A program made the position numbers and the translations under genes. Under the pieces are notes generated by a model. The model had not been told where the DNA came from. It ran no database searches and was given only the letters and a program-made list of their open reading frames with translations. A stretch of DNA of 24,287 nt from a virus (taxonomy: Duplodnaviria > Caudoviricetes): the IMG/VR virus record IMGVR_UViG_3300014656_000135, positions 1-24,287 of that record; one strand, 5' to 3'. Shown here in pieces: positions 1 through 8,683 of the stretch; within the stretch, counting starts at the first letter, position 1, and each line of letters begins with the position of its first letter.

Positions 1-492
1 AACCTGATCGATGCCATCAACGGTGTGGTCGATGCGAACCGCATCGGACGCGGCGACGGGCTCGGGGCGAACCCGGGTGACACGACCGAGGCATTCCTGG
101 CCGCTGCCGGCGTCACGGTCGGCGACATCCAGATCCAGTCCGCCGACGCCGCCGGAGGCACTCCAACCCCGAGCGCGGTCGCTACCGCTTGCACCACGAC
201 GCTTTCCACCGGAACCGACATCTGGGACAGCGCGACATGTCTGTACGGCAAGGTCCAGGCGCACACCCAGGCGATCATGGTCTCCGCGGCGGTCGGCGCC
301 GAGGAGATCGCCAAGGGCACGCTGGAGGTCGAATTCGGTTTCACTCCGACCTCGTGCATCCTGGTCAACCGGAGCCGTCCGCAAGACGAGGTGTACACGA
401 TCGTCGGCGACGCGGTCAGCCTGGCCCTGGCCGGGGGTGCTTCGCCGAACAACCAGGCCGGCGACGTCATCGACATCATCGCCTTCGGATGA
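1..492 (+). CDS. Hypothetical phage protein, 5'-truncated, probably structural
   Basis: Frame is open from base 1 (NLIDAINGVVDA...) to TGA 490-492; strong GC3 codon bias; Ala/Gly/Thr-rich, ends GDVIDIIAFG. Confidence 0.7.
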   Translation, partial: NLIDAINGVVDANRIGRGDGLGANPGDTTEAFLAAAGVTVGDIQIQSADAAGGTPTPSAVATACTTTLSTGTDIWDSATCLYGKVQAHTQAIMVSAAVGAEEIAKGTLEVEFGFTPTSCILVNRSRPQDEVYTIVGDAVSLALAGGASPNNQAGDVIDIIAFG

Positions 493-495
493 CCA

Positions 496-2346
496 TTGCC
501 TGCTTCTTCACTACGCCGGATCGTGGTGTCCAACGCGACGGCCCTGTCCGCCGCGCTCGACGCCACCAACGCCAGGCTGCTCGACCTGTACGAACGGCTC
601 GCCCCGGATGCGACGGCTCCAGACATCGCGACCCGGCTGCACGGCGCGGTCGAGGACGCGATCCAGACCGCGCGGATGGACGCCAACCTGCAAGCGGTGC
701 TGGACGTCGAAGAGGAACTGGTGTCTGTCGTCGGGGAGCCGGGACGGATATCGCTGTCCCCGCCGCGCGATCCCAAGCCGTCAGAGGTCGTGAAGTACAC
801 GGCGAAGGCGGTCGACCACGCGCTGGCGAAGATTGCCGAGGCCGTCGCAGACGGAGGCGGATGGGAACAGGCGCTCGTGGATTCTGTCTGGCGCGCGCAG
901 GTGATTGCAGAGTCGGAAGCCTGCGGGACCTACGAGCGCAGCAAGCAGTTCGCGATGCAACAGCTCGCGGATCTTCCGGACGACCCCGCACGCGGGTTCC
1001 TCGTGGCGCATTCGTCCGGGCAACTGCACACAGGGCAGGCCAGGGAGCAGGGAGACAGCCTGATCGCCGTCTTCGGCAAGCGATGGAGCGCGGTGAACGA
1101 CTCCCGCACATGCGAGCGGTGCCGTTCGCTGGACGGCGAGATGGCTCTCATGGGGATCGGCGCGTTCAGCGCGAGCGGGCCCCCGGCACATGCCCGGTGC
1201 CGGTGCATCTCGCACCTGTGGGCGGTCGGTTGGCCCTTCGACGGGTCGGAGAAAGCAATGCCTGAACTCACCAGATGGTTCGCGGATTTCGACGTCCGCG
1301 CGCCCGGGGTTTCCGTCGACGCGGCCACCCGCACGATCAAGGGGGCTGTCGCGAGCGATGAATCGCTCGACAGCCACGGGACAGTAATCAAGGCGGACGG
1401 CTGGGATCTGGAGCAGTACCAGCGCAATCCAGTGCTGGTGTGGGCGCACAAGACAGGCCGGTACGACGACGTGCAGCCCGACGACATCCTCGGCACGGCG
1501 ACGGTCAGGAAGCAGGACGGAAAGCTTCTGGCGGATCTGCACTTCGAGGAAGCGGACATCAATCCGCAAGCCGGCAAGGTGTTCCGCAAGATGACATCCG
1601 ACCCGCCTTCGATCCGGATGCTCTCGGTGGGATTCGTCCCGCTGGAGTACCACGAGGAGAAGGCCGACGGGGGATCGGTGCTGGTGTTCGACCGCGCTGA
1701 ACTGGCCGAGCTCTCGGTGGTTCCGCTTGGAAGCAACAAGAACGCGTTGGCCCCCGGTCAACGCTCGACATTTCTGGCCCGCTGCCATGGTGGCGCGGGT
1801 GACGCGGCGGTGCCGCACGAGGAGATCGTAATGGACAAGACCGACAATACCGTTGTTGTCGCACTGCCGTCCGAACTGGCGTCCCGCATGGGAGCGGCCA
1901 CCGTCGAAGAGGCTGTGCGGAAGTGGGCCGAGCTCGAGCTCAAGCTCGACAAGGCCGAGAAGGCTCGACTGGACGCGGACACCCGCGCGACCGCCGCCGA
2001 GAAGGCGCTGGCCGACAAGGTCGACACCGACGCCACCGCCTGCGTCGACGGGCTGATCAAGTCCGGGCGCATCAGCGACGCGCGGCGCGAGAGCGCGCTG
2101 ACGCTGGCGCGTGCCAATCTGGACGCGTTCCGCGATCAGTACCCCGACGAGCCGGCGGCGCCCATGGCGCACCTGCTCACCAAGGTGACCCCGGCGGTCG
2201 AGCCGGCCGGCACACCACCTGCGATCGACACAATCACGGCGGGCATCGGCAAGCGGATCCACGAACTGGTCGCTGCCGGCACGAACCCCGCCGAGGCGCA
2301 CGAGCGTGCCCACACCGAGGCGCTCCGCGCCCTGGAAGGAGCCTGA
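496..2346 (+). CDS. Fused head morphogenesis (Mu gpF/SPP1 gp7-like) + HK97-type prohead protease + scaffold protein, 616 aa
   Basis: gpF-like motif KRWSAVNDSRTCERCRSLDG...PPAHARCRC; protease motifs YQRNPVLVWAH, MLSVGF, ELSVVPLGSN; helical Ala/Glu/Lys-rich C-terminus with VDGLIKSGRI; TTG start is uncertain. Confidence 0.85.
   Translation: MPASSLRRIVVSNATALSAALDATNARLLDLYERLAPDATAPDIATRLHGAVEDAIQTARMDANLQAVLDVEEELVSVVGEPGRISLSPPRDPKPSEVVKYTAKAVDHALAKIAEAVADGGGWEQALVDSVWRAQVIAESEACGTYERSKQFAMQQLADLPDDPARGFLVAHSSGQLHTGQAREQGDSLIAVFGKRWSAVNDSRTCERCRSLDGEMALMGIGAFSASGPPAHARCRCISHLWAVGWPFDGSEKAMPELTRWFADFDVRAPGVSVDAATRTIKGAVASDESLDSHGTVIKADGWDLEQYQRNPVLVWAHKTGRYDDVQPDDILGTATVRKQDGKLLADLHFEEADINPQAGKVFRKMTSDPPSIRMLSVGFVPLEYHEEKADGGSVLVFDRAELAELSVVPLGSNKNALAPGQRSTFLARCHGGAGDAAVPHEEIVMDKTDNTVVVALPSELASRMGAATVEEAVRKWAELELKLDKAEKARLDADTRATAAEKALADKVDTDATACVDGLIKSGRISDARRESALTLARANLDAFRDQYPDEPAAPMAHLLTKVTPAVEPAGTPPAIDTITAGIGKRIHELVAAGTNPAEAHERAHTEALRALEGA
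1248..1260 (+). promoter_or_regulatory. Internal ribosome-binding site and in-frame ATG at the start of the protease domain
   Basis: GGAG 1248-1251, 6-nt spacer, ATG 1258 in frame with the 496 ORF, at the gpF/protease boundary. Confidence 0.65.
1819..1833 (+). promoter_or_regulatory. Internal ribosome-binding site and in-frame ATG for the scaffold protein
   Basis: GAGGAG 1819-1824, 6-nt spacer, ATG 1831 in frame; analogous to nested Mu I/Z and lambda C/Nu3. Confidence 0.7.
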
Positions 2347-2349
2347 GCC

Positions 2350-2784
2350 ATGGCGACCCAAGAACTCGCGATCCCGTCCGAGCGGACCACCGAGGTGGTC
2401 TGGAACGACGACACCAGCGCCATCCCGCACGGGACCGGCGTCATCTACGAGACCGTCGCCGGCAAGACCCGCGCGGTCAAGACGCCTGCCGCCGCCGGCG
2501 GCATCCTGAACAACCGCGCCGCGGGCATCGCCTGGGGCGCAATCCCGGCCGGTGGCTACGGCGAGATCGTGGTCGACGGCTACGCCGAGGGCATCGTCGG
2601 AAGCGCGGCACTGGTGTCCGGCGACCTCGTGTACATCAGCGACACGAACCTTCACATGGGCGAGCTCGAGAAGGTCGCCACCTCCACCTCGCAGGTCGAG
2701 GTCATCGGCGTCGCGGCCAGCGATGAAGCAACCCAGGGGCAGTACATCGTGGTGCGGGTGGTCCGCAGCGCCGTCGCCACCTGA
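2350..2784 (+). CDS. Capsid cement/decoration protein (DUF2190-like), 144 aa
   Basis: Lies between scaffold and capsid; GIAWGAIPAGGYGEIVVDG...LVSGDLVY...VIGVA pattern. Confidence 0.7.
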   Translation: MATQELAIPSERTTEVVWNDDTSAIPHGTGVIYETVAGKTRAVKTPAAAGGILNNRAAGIAWGAIPAGGYGEIVVDGYAEGIVGSAALVSGDLVYISDTNLHMGELEKVATSTSQVEVIGVAASDEATQGQYIVVRVVRSAVAT

Positions 2785-2802
2785 TCGGAAAGGATCAAGA
2801 AA

Positions 2803-3891
2803 ATGGAACCCATCATCCTCCGTGATGAGTCCGGTCAAGCGTGGGCATACGACCGCTACAACCAGACCGTCACAGCAGCGAACGGGCGCAAGACAGACGC
2901 GCTCGCCCCCGGCGGATTGCACACCCGTGCGCCGCTCACCCCCGCCGACGTCCACCCGGTGGCCTCGGTCATGGGCAATTTCGTGGCCGGATACGGCACG
3001 AACCGCGATCAGATGATCGCCGACGTGCTCGCCCCGCCGCTCGTGGTGGACGAGATCAGCGCCCGGTACATGATCGACTCGTCGAACAACCTGTTCTACG
3101 ACGTCAACGACGACATCGCCGGCGACACCGCCCCGCTCAAGGAGGTCAGCCCGGTACTGTCGAGCAGCACCTACGCGTGCATCGACTACGGCCTGGTGAC
3201 CACCGTGAGCCGCAACGTCGAGCTCAAGGCGGATACCATCGGTCCGCGCATGGCCGCGCTCCGCCGGCTGGCGAATGCCTCGGCGATCCGGCGTGAACGC
3301 CGTGGCGCTGCCATCCTGCTCGACGGGACGACCACGTTCGCGAGCTACAAGACCACGCTCGTCGGCACGGCGAAGTGGAACGGCGGCACGGCCAGCGACC
3401 CGGTCGCGAACCTGTTCACCGCAATGGAGACCGCCGTCAAGGAGATCACCCACATCGGCATGTCGCTGCGCACCTGGCACGACTTCCTGCAGAACCCGAA
3501 CGTGCAGAAGCACAGCATCTACAAGGCTGGCACGAACGAATTCGAGCAGCCGAACGTGATCGCCTCGCGCATCGGGCTCGAAGGCGTCAGCTTCGTGATC
3601 GGCAAGATGCGGTACAAGGCACCGTCAGGCGGCGCCATGACGTGGGTCTGGGGCAACGACGTCATCTGTCTGCACGTGCCGCAAGGCGCAGGGCAGAACG
3701 AGGAGGACATCCCAAGCGTCCGCAACTTCCGCTTCAACGCTCCCGGCTCGACCATGGGCTGGGAGATCCGCGAATGGGACGACCCCAACGCGGGGCAGCG
3801 CGGCAGCCGCAAGATCGCCCTGGTGACCTCCGAGGTCGTGGTCGCGACCGGCGCGGACACCGCACACCTCATCGTGAGCGCGCATCAGTGA
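2803..3891 (+). CDS. Major capsid protein (HK97 fold, lambda gpE-like family), 362 aa
   Basis: Size, position, SD AAGGA upstream; motifs IADVLAP, KWNGGTASDPVANL, WHDFLQNPNV, VWGNDVICLHV. Confidence 0.88.
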   Translation: MEPIILRDESGQAWAYDRYNQTVTAANGRKTDALAPGGLHTRAPLTPADVHPVASVMGNFVAGYGTNRDQMIADVLAPPLVVDEISARYMIDSSNNLFYDVNDDIAGDTAPLKEVSPVLSSSTYACIDYGLVTTVSRNVELKADTIGPRMAALRRLANASAIRRERRGAAILLDGTTTFASYKTTLVGTAKWNGGTASDPVANLFTAMETAVKEITHIGMSLRTWHDFLQNPNVQKHSIYKAGTNEFEQPNVIASRIGLEGVSFVIGKMRYKAPSGGAMTWVWGNDVICLHVPQGAGQNEEDIPSVRNFRFNAPGSTMGWEIREWDDPNAGQRGSRKIALVTSEVVVATGADTAHLIVSAHQ

Positions 3892-4049
3892 TGACACGCG
3901 TCAAGGTGCTCAGCCGGATCTACTCCAACGGGCTGCACGAGCCTTCGGACGAACCGGTGGAGATCGATGACGGCGACGCGCTCGGGCTCGAAGAGCTTGG
4001 GTGTGTCGTGATCGTGGACAACCAACCGAAGCCGGCCAAGAAGAGCTGA
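3891..4049 (+). CDS. Small capsid-adjacent protein, 52 aa (MTRVKVLSRIYSNG...KPAKKS)
   Basis: TGATG overlap with the capsid stop; VEIDDGDALGLEELGCV pattern and Lys-rich tail typical of the small gene after phage capsid genes. Confidence 0.7.
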   Translation: MTRVKVLSRIYSNGLHEPSDEPVEIDDGDALGLEELGCVVIVDNQPKPAKKS

Positions 4050-4052
4050 CCG

Positions 4053-4535
4053 TTGGGCGACTACGTCACACAGACGGGCGGGGCCGGTGCTGCCGGGGAT
4101 CTCACCTCGCGCATCGGCAACGCCCGGCTGACACTGATCTGCGACGACGGCACGGGCAACCCTTCAACCACCGTGATCGCCTCGGCGATAGCGGACGGCG
4201 AGGCGGACTTGAACTCGATACTCGGGCCTGGATTCGACGTGCCGATGTCCGCCACGGTGGCGCCGATCATCATCCGCTGCGCGGTCGACATGGTCATGTT
4301 CTACCTGTACGAGAACAACCCTGAATTCCGCATCACCGGAGGGGACAACCCGGAGCAGAAGCGTTACGACCGGGCCGTCAAGATACTCAAGGAGATCAAG
4401 AGCGGGGATCGCGACCTCGGACGCGACACCGGGGTGCAGCGCAGCGCGATCGTCGGCGGGGTCGTGTACGCCTCGACAACCACCTACATCGTCGACGAAG
4501 ACGAGACATCGGACGGCGCGACGGGAGGATTGTGA
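4053..4535 (+). CDS. Head-tail adaptor, Mu gp36/DUF1320-like, 160 aa
   Basis: AIADGEADLNSILG..FDVPM, CAVDMVMFYLY, KRYDRAVKILKEIKSG motifs; TTG start. Confidence 0.85.
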   Translation: MGDYVTQTGGAGAAGDLTSRIGNARLTLICDDGTGNPSTTVIASAIADGEADLNSILGPGFDVPMSATVAPIIIRCAVDMVMFYLYENNPEFRITGGDNPEQKRYDRAVKILKEIKSGDRDLGRDTGVQRSAIVGGVVYASTTTYIVDEDETSDGATGGL

Positions 4536-4984
4536 ACCCATCCATCCGTGTCAGCGTCGACGCCAAGGCGTTCCTCGAGGGATGGTCCCTGCTCGCACGG
4601 GACATGGATTCCTATGGGTTCCAGGCGTGGCGGCGGACCACGAAGGACGCCAGGGAATCCATGCACGAACACGGCTATCAGAACCTCACCGGCGAGCTCA
4701 CCGCTTCGATGCGTGACACCACGATCGACGGCGGCCCGTTCGACTGGTCCAGCCGGATCGACATCACCGCCCCGCACGCGAGGTACATCGACGAAGGCAC
4801 CCGGGCTCATGGTCCAGTGCGTGCGAAGTTCCTTCGCTGGTACGTGGCTGGTCGTCCGGTTTTCGCCAAGTGGGTGCGGGGGATATCGCCCAGGCGGTTC
4901 TCCAAGGAAGCATCCGACGCGTTCGAGCGGGACATCGTGCCGAACATCGACAGGGCGCTGGCAAGCGCGATAGGCAATGGCTGA
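4532..4984 (+). CDS. Neck/tail-completion protein (HK97 gp10 or Mu gpG-like), 150 aa
   Basis: TGELTASM, APHARYIDEGT, GISPRRF motifs; GTGA overlap. Confidence 0.75.
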   Translation: MNPSIRVSVDAKAFLEGWSLLARDMDSYGFQAWRRTTKDARESMHEHGYQNLTGELTASMRDTTIDGGPFDWSSRIDITAPHARYIDEGTRAHGPVRAKFLRWYVAGRPVFAKWVRGISPRRFSKEASDAFERDIVPNIDRALASAIGNG

Positions 4985-5687
4985 CCCACGCAAGGACCAG
5001 GTCGGCAGCGTCGTGGTACCGGCGACCGCTGCCGCCGCGGGGGTGTCCCTCGCCGCGACGTGCGATCCTGTGCTGGTGTCGTTGCTCGCCGCGTTCAAGA
5101 CCATCCTTCGGACGAAGCTGGATGCGGCATGGTCCGCGGCGGCAGGGCAACTGTCCTCGCACGTTGTCGAGGGTACCTATCCCTACGAGCCGATCCAGAA
5201 GATCGCGAAGCTCAACTGGACATGGCCGGCGCTGTTCCTCTGGCGCACGGAGGACGTGACGACCGAATTCACGCAACAGTGGGAGTCGTTCGATTCGACG
5301 CTCAAGGGCGTTCTGGTGCTGCCGCCCCTGGCGCATGCACAGGCCGTCAAGCTCATGCCCATCCTGAGGGCGTCGGCCGTCACGCTGCACATGTTCATCG
5401 AGAACCTGGGCGACCCGTCGTATTCGGCCGGAGCTGACATCCTGACGGCATGCGGACTCGACCAGCTCAGGCTGACGCGTGCGCAGTACGGGCAGCTCCC
5501 GGGCGACAGCGGGTTGCAGACGCTGCATCCAGCCGTCGATCTGACGTTCTCGTGCCGCGAGCGGGAGCAGATGGTCACCTCTCAATACGAGACCTGGTCC
5601 CAGTCCAACAACACAGTCAGCGTCTTCGACGAGGACGGCGGTGCCGGCAGCACCGAGGTCGTGGAGACGCAGTACCCCGATCCGTGA
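4977..5687 (+). CDS. Putative tail terminator (Mu gp37 position), 236 aa
   Basis: Gene order between neck and sheath; WPALFLWR resembles tail-terminator P-A-hydrophobic strand; good codon bias. Confidence 0.55.
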   Translation: MADPRKDQVGSVVVPATAAAAGVSLAATCDPVLVSLLAAFKTILRTKLDAAWSAAAGQLSSHVVEGTYPYEPIQKIAKLNWTWPALFLWRTEDVTTEFTQQWESFDSTLKGVLVLPPLAHAQAVKLMPILRASAVTLHMFIENLGDPSYSAGADILTACGLDQLRLTRAQYGQLPGDSGLQTLHPAVDLTFSCREREQMVTSQYETWSQSNNTVSVFDEDGGAGSTEVVETQYPDP

Positions 5688-5695
5688 GGCAGACA

Positions 5696-6049
5696 ATGGC
5701 GGAACAAATGCTGCGCGTGCTCGCGCATGGAAAGATCCTCGTGCTCGACGTCGAGGCGACGAAGCAGCGCGGCGGGCGGCGCACCTACGTGGGCCGCGAC
5801 GAACACTTCGCCTGGAAGGCGGAGGAGATCCCGGAAGGCGTTCCGTGCCACATGCACAGCAACGATTTCCTGGAACCGGGCGACAAGCCGATCCCGCATT
5901 GCTGGTATCCGGCGCGCACCGAGCCTGACACGGTCCCGGCGAGCCGGGACTATCTCAAGCCGCTGAAACAAGGCGCGCTGTTGCCTGCAGACGAAGCCAC
6001 GGCGAGGTTCGCCGGGCTGCCGTGGACCTCCACGAAGAAAGAGAAGTGA
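5696..6049 (+). CDS. Small pre-sheath protein (Mu gp38/DUF2635 position), 117 aa
   Basis: ATG 5696 after GAGG; immediately precedes the sheath; TVPASRDYLKPLKQGALL resembles gp38-like C-terminal motif. Confidence 0.6.
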   Translation: MAEQMLRVLAHGKILVLDVEATKQRGGRRTYVGRDEHFAWKAEEIPEGVPCHMHSNDFLEPGDKPIPHCWYPARTEPDTVPASRDYLKPLKQGALLPADEATARFAGLPWTSTKKEK

Positions 6050-6052
6050 GAC

Positions 6053-7576
6053 ATGGGAACCCTTGAACTCAGCCTCACAGGCTACAGCTCGTTGAATCCC
6101 GTTCCGGGTGGCTTCTACGAGGTCCGGTTCGCACAGGGCGAGACCGGCGGCAACGCCGGGGCGAAGAAGGTCCTGCTGGTGGGTGTCAAGACTGGGTCCG
6201 GCACAGCCACCACCGACACGCAGGCTTACCGTCTGCAGGGCAGCGGTGACGCGGAGACATACTTCGGCGCTGGATCCAAGATCCACAGGATGGCACGGCG
6301 GTTCTTCGCCAGGTGCAAGAACGCCGAGGTGTGGGGGATCGCAGCGGCGGAATCGGCGGGTGCGGCAGCGGCCTCGACCGTGACGTTCGTCAACAACGCG
6401 ACGGCTGCGGGGTCCGTGCAGTACACGTTGTGCGGGGAGACGATCGAGTACGCGTTCGCCAGCGGGGCGACAATCACGGCGATCGCCCTCGGGCTGTCGA
6501 ACCTGATCAACCTGCAGACCCACTGGCCCGTGACATCAAGCCCGGCGGTCGGAGTCATCACGGTCACGGCGAAGATCAAAGGCACGGACGGCAACTGGAT
6601 CCGGCACCGCGCCGTGATGACAGGCAGCGGCATCGCCACTACTGTCACCGTCGCAGGGACGCTGTTCACCGCGGGGGCCACGGACGAGGTGTGGACCACC
6701 GTCCTGAGCACGATCCTGGCGACGAAGTACGACTACATCGTATGCGGGGTCAATCCAACCGCGGCGGCGAACGTGAGGCTCGGTGCGCTCAAGACGCAGG
6801 TCGTGGCGCAGAAGCTCCCGGGAACCGGCATCCGACAGGAGATCGTCTACGGCACGGCTGCCAGCATCGCGAACGCCGTGAGCCTCAGTGCCGAAGCCAC
6901 CGACGGACCGGGGAACCAACCGGTGTTCAGCGCGGCACATCAGGAGAACAGCGAACTCGAACCGATGGAGCTCGCCGCCGAATACATGGCGACCCGCTAC
7001 CTGGAAGAGGGCGGCACCACACCATGGGCGAGCTACGACAACGCCGGTCAGGGCGACTGGTCCGTCCCGAAGCAGTACTCCAGCGCGGACTGGCCCACCA
7101 TCTCGGAGCAGAGCACGCTGATTTCGGGGGGCGTGACCCCGATCGCCGTCAACGGCAAGGGCCAGACCTACATCGTCCGGGCCGTGACATGTTCGACCGA
7201 CGTGCGCGTGAGGGACACCACCAAGGTGTCGGTGTCGTTCGCTTTCGTCGACGCGCTGGCGCAGAGTTACTCGAACAGTCCAGCCAAGAAGTTGCGGGAT
7301 GATCTGGCCGCGGACGAGGTCAGGTTCCCGCCCAACGACGTCATGACCCCGGCGAAGGCGAAGGGGACGATCATCGCCCCGGTGTACATCCGTTACGCCG
7401 GCAACAACTGGCTCGATCCGGTCAAGACGCTGAACAAGACCAGCGGAGACATCACCGGATGCGCCACCGGGTTGGATCCGCTCGACCCGACGCAACTCAA
7501 CGCGATCATCCCGATCCACGTCACCCCTGTGTGGCACAAGTTCGCCTGCCTGGTGACGGAGAACAGCGCGGGCTGA
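6053..7576 (+). CDS. Contractile tail sheath protein (Mu gpL-like), 507 aa
   Basis: VPGGFYEVRF, KVLLVG, AETYFGAGSKIHRM, VTAKIKGTDGNWI, LISGGVTPI, IVRAVT motifs. Confidence 0.93.
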   Translation: MGTLELSLTGYSSLNPVPGGFYEVRFAQGETGGNAGAKKVLLVGVKTGSGTATTDTQAYRLQGSGDAETYFGAGSKIHRMARRFFARCKNAEVWGIAAAESAGAAAASTVTFVNNATAAGSVQYTLCGETIEYAFASGATITAIALGLSNLINLQTHWPVTSSPAVGVITVTAKIKGTDGNWIRHRAVMTGSGIATTVTVAGTLFTAGATDEVWTTVLSTILATKYDYIVCGVNPTAAANVRLGALKTQVVAQKLPGTGIRQEIVYGTAASIANAVSLSAEATDGPGNQPVFSAAHQENSELEPMELAAEYMATRYLEEGGTTPWASYDNAGQGDWSVPKQYSSADWPTISEQSTLISGGVTPIAVNGKGQTYIVRAVTCSTDVRVRDTTKVSVSFAFVDALAQSYSNSPAKKLRDDLAADEVRFPPNDVMTPAKAKGTIIAPVYIRYAGNNWLDPVKTLNKTSGDITGCATGLDPLDPTQLNAIIPIHVTPVWHKFACLVTENSAG

Positions 7577-7586
7577 GGAGACGACA

Positions 7587-7958
7587 ATGGCTGATACCAA
7601 GTACACCAACTGTGCCGTCATCTTCGACAAGGTCGTGCTGGCGGAAGCGCAGTCAGAGAAGACCTCGAGCAACTCCGGGACGCAGATCGTCCGTACGCAG
7701 CAGAAGGGGTTCGCCGGCGCGTCCAAGGGCTACGGCGAATTCACCGTGGACGTCACCTCGGCGATCCCGCGTACCGGGCTGGAAGTCGATCTGTACACGG
7801 TCATGAACGACATGACCCAGGTCGAGATGATCCTCTGGCGTGGAAGCAAGAAGCTCACGTCGCTCGGCTACATCATGTCGGTCTCGGAGAGCCACAGCGG
7901 CGAATCCGCGGCCAGCGTGGACTTCACGTTCTCCGGTTCGGAGCCCGAGGAACTGTGA
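7587..7958 (+). CDS. Tail tube protein, 123 aa
   Basis: Directly after the sheath with strong SD GAGGAG; size and beta-strand pattern (KGFAGASKG, SVDFTFSG). Confidence 0.82.
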   Translation: MADTKYTNCAVIFDKVVLAEAQSEKTSSNSGTQIVRTQQKGFAGASKGYGEFTVDVTSAIPRTGLEVDLYTVMNDMTQVEMILWRGSKKLTSLGYIMSVSESHSGESAASVDFTFSGSEPEEL

Positions 7959-8683
7959 GCCTGAGCAGCAGACTGGCACCCAGGCAACCGGGGCCGCCCA
8001 AGGACATCACGCCATCGGCGTTGCTGTCCAAGCTCAAGCAGGCCGAGCGTCCGAGCATCGAGTTGTCGTTCCCCCGGGAAGGCCCGGACGGCAAGCCGGT
8101 GTTCACGTTCCTGATGCGGGTGTTGAGCCAGGACGAGCTCGACAACGCCCGCGGGAACGCGGAGGACGCCACCCGGCGCAAGCTGCGCGAGCGGACGGGA
8201 CTCGACGACAAGGATCTGCAGAACGTGCGCGAGACGGCCTGGAGCGAGATATACGAGGACGCCAAGTGTTGCGAGGTGCTCGCCGCCGCCATGATCGAGC
8301 CGGGCACCGGAAGGCCGGTGTTCACGGTCCCGTCTGAGATCCGCCGGCCCGAGTACGCCATCACCAACGACGAACTGGCCGGGCTGTTCCAGCTCTACGA
8401 GATGACCCAGCACAGGCTGGGTCCGCTGTGGAAGGAGATGGAACCGGGCGAGATCGACATGTGGATCGAGCGGCTCCAGGGAGGCATGAACGCCAGCCCT
8501 TTATTGGACTTGCTGCCCGGGCAGCTCGTTCAATTGGTGATTTCTATGGCCGTCCGCTTGTCGGACTCGAAGACAGACACTGGATCGTCTGGATCGCAGC
8601 TCGGATCTGGTGCGCCCGGAACCCCGTCGGAGACGACTGAAGTCCGTGAGTTGACACCTGAAGAGCTCGAAACCCAAGACTGA
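7955..8683 (+). CDS. Tail assembly chaperone (G-like), 242 aa; predicted -1 frameshift isoform of 228 aa ending at 8640
   Basis: Between tube and tape measure; MRVLSQDELDNA helix pattern; in-phase slippery heptamer at 8497-8503. Confidence 0.8.
   Translation: MSLSSRLAPRQPGPPKDITPSALLSKLKQAERPSIELSFPREGPDGKPVFTFLMRVLSQDELDNARGNAEDATRRKLRERTGLDDKDLQNVRETAWSEIYEDAKCCEVLAAAMIEPGTGRPVFTVPSEIRRPEYAITNDELAGLFQLYEMTQHRLGPLWKEMEPGEIDMWIERLQGGMNASPLLDLLPGQLVQLVISMAVRLSDSKTDTGSSGSQLGSGAPGTPSETTEVRELTPEELETQD
8478..8534 (+). promoter_or_regulatory. Putative programmed -1 ribosomal frameshift signal
   Basis: SD-like AGGGAGG 8478-8484; C CCT TTA 8497-8503 in X XXY YYZ phase; hairpin GCTGC-CCGG-GCAGC 8512-8525, extendable by pairing 8503-8509 with 8528-8534. 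Confidence 0.72.

Noticed and set aside
781-3513. 910-aa minus-strand ORF
   Set aside because: Antisense shadow: high GC3 bias and co-framed plus-strand head genes remove stops; no recognisable motifs
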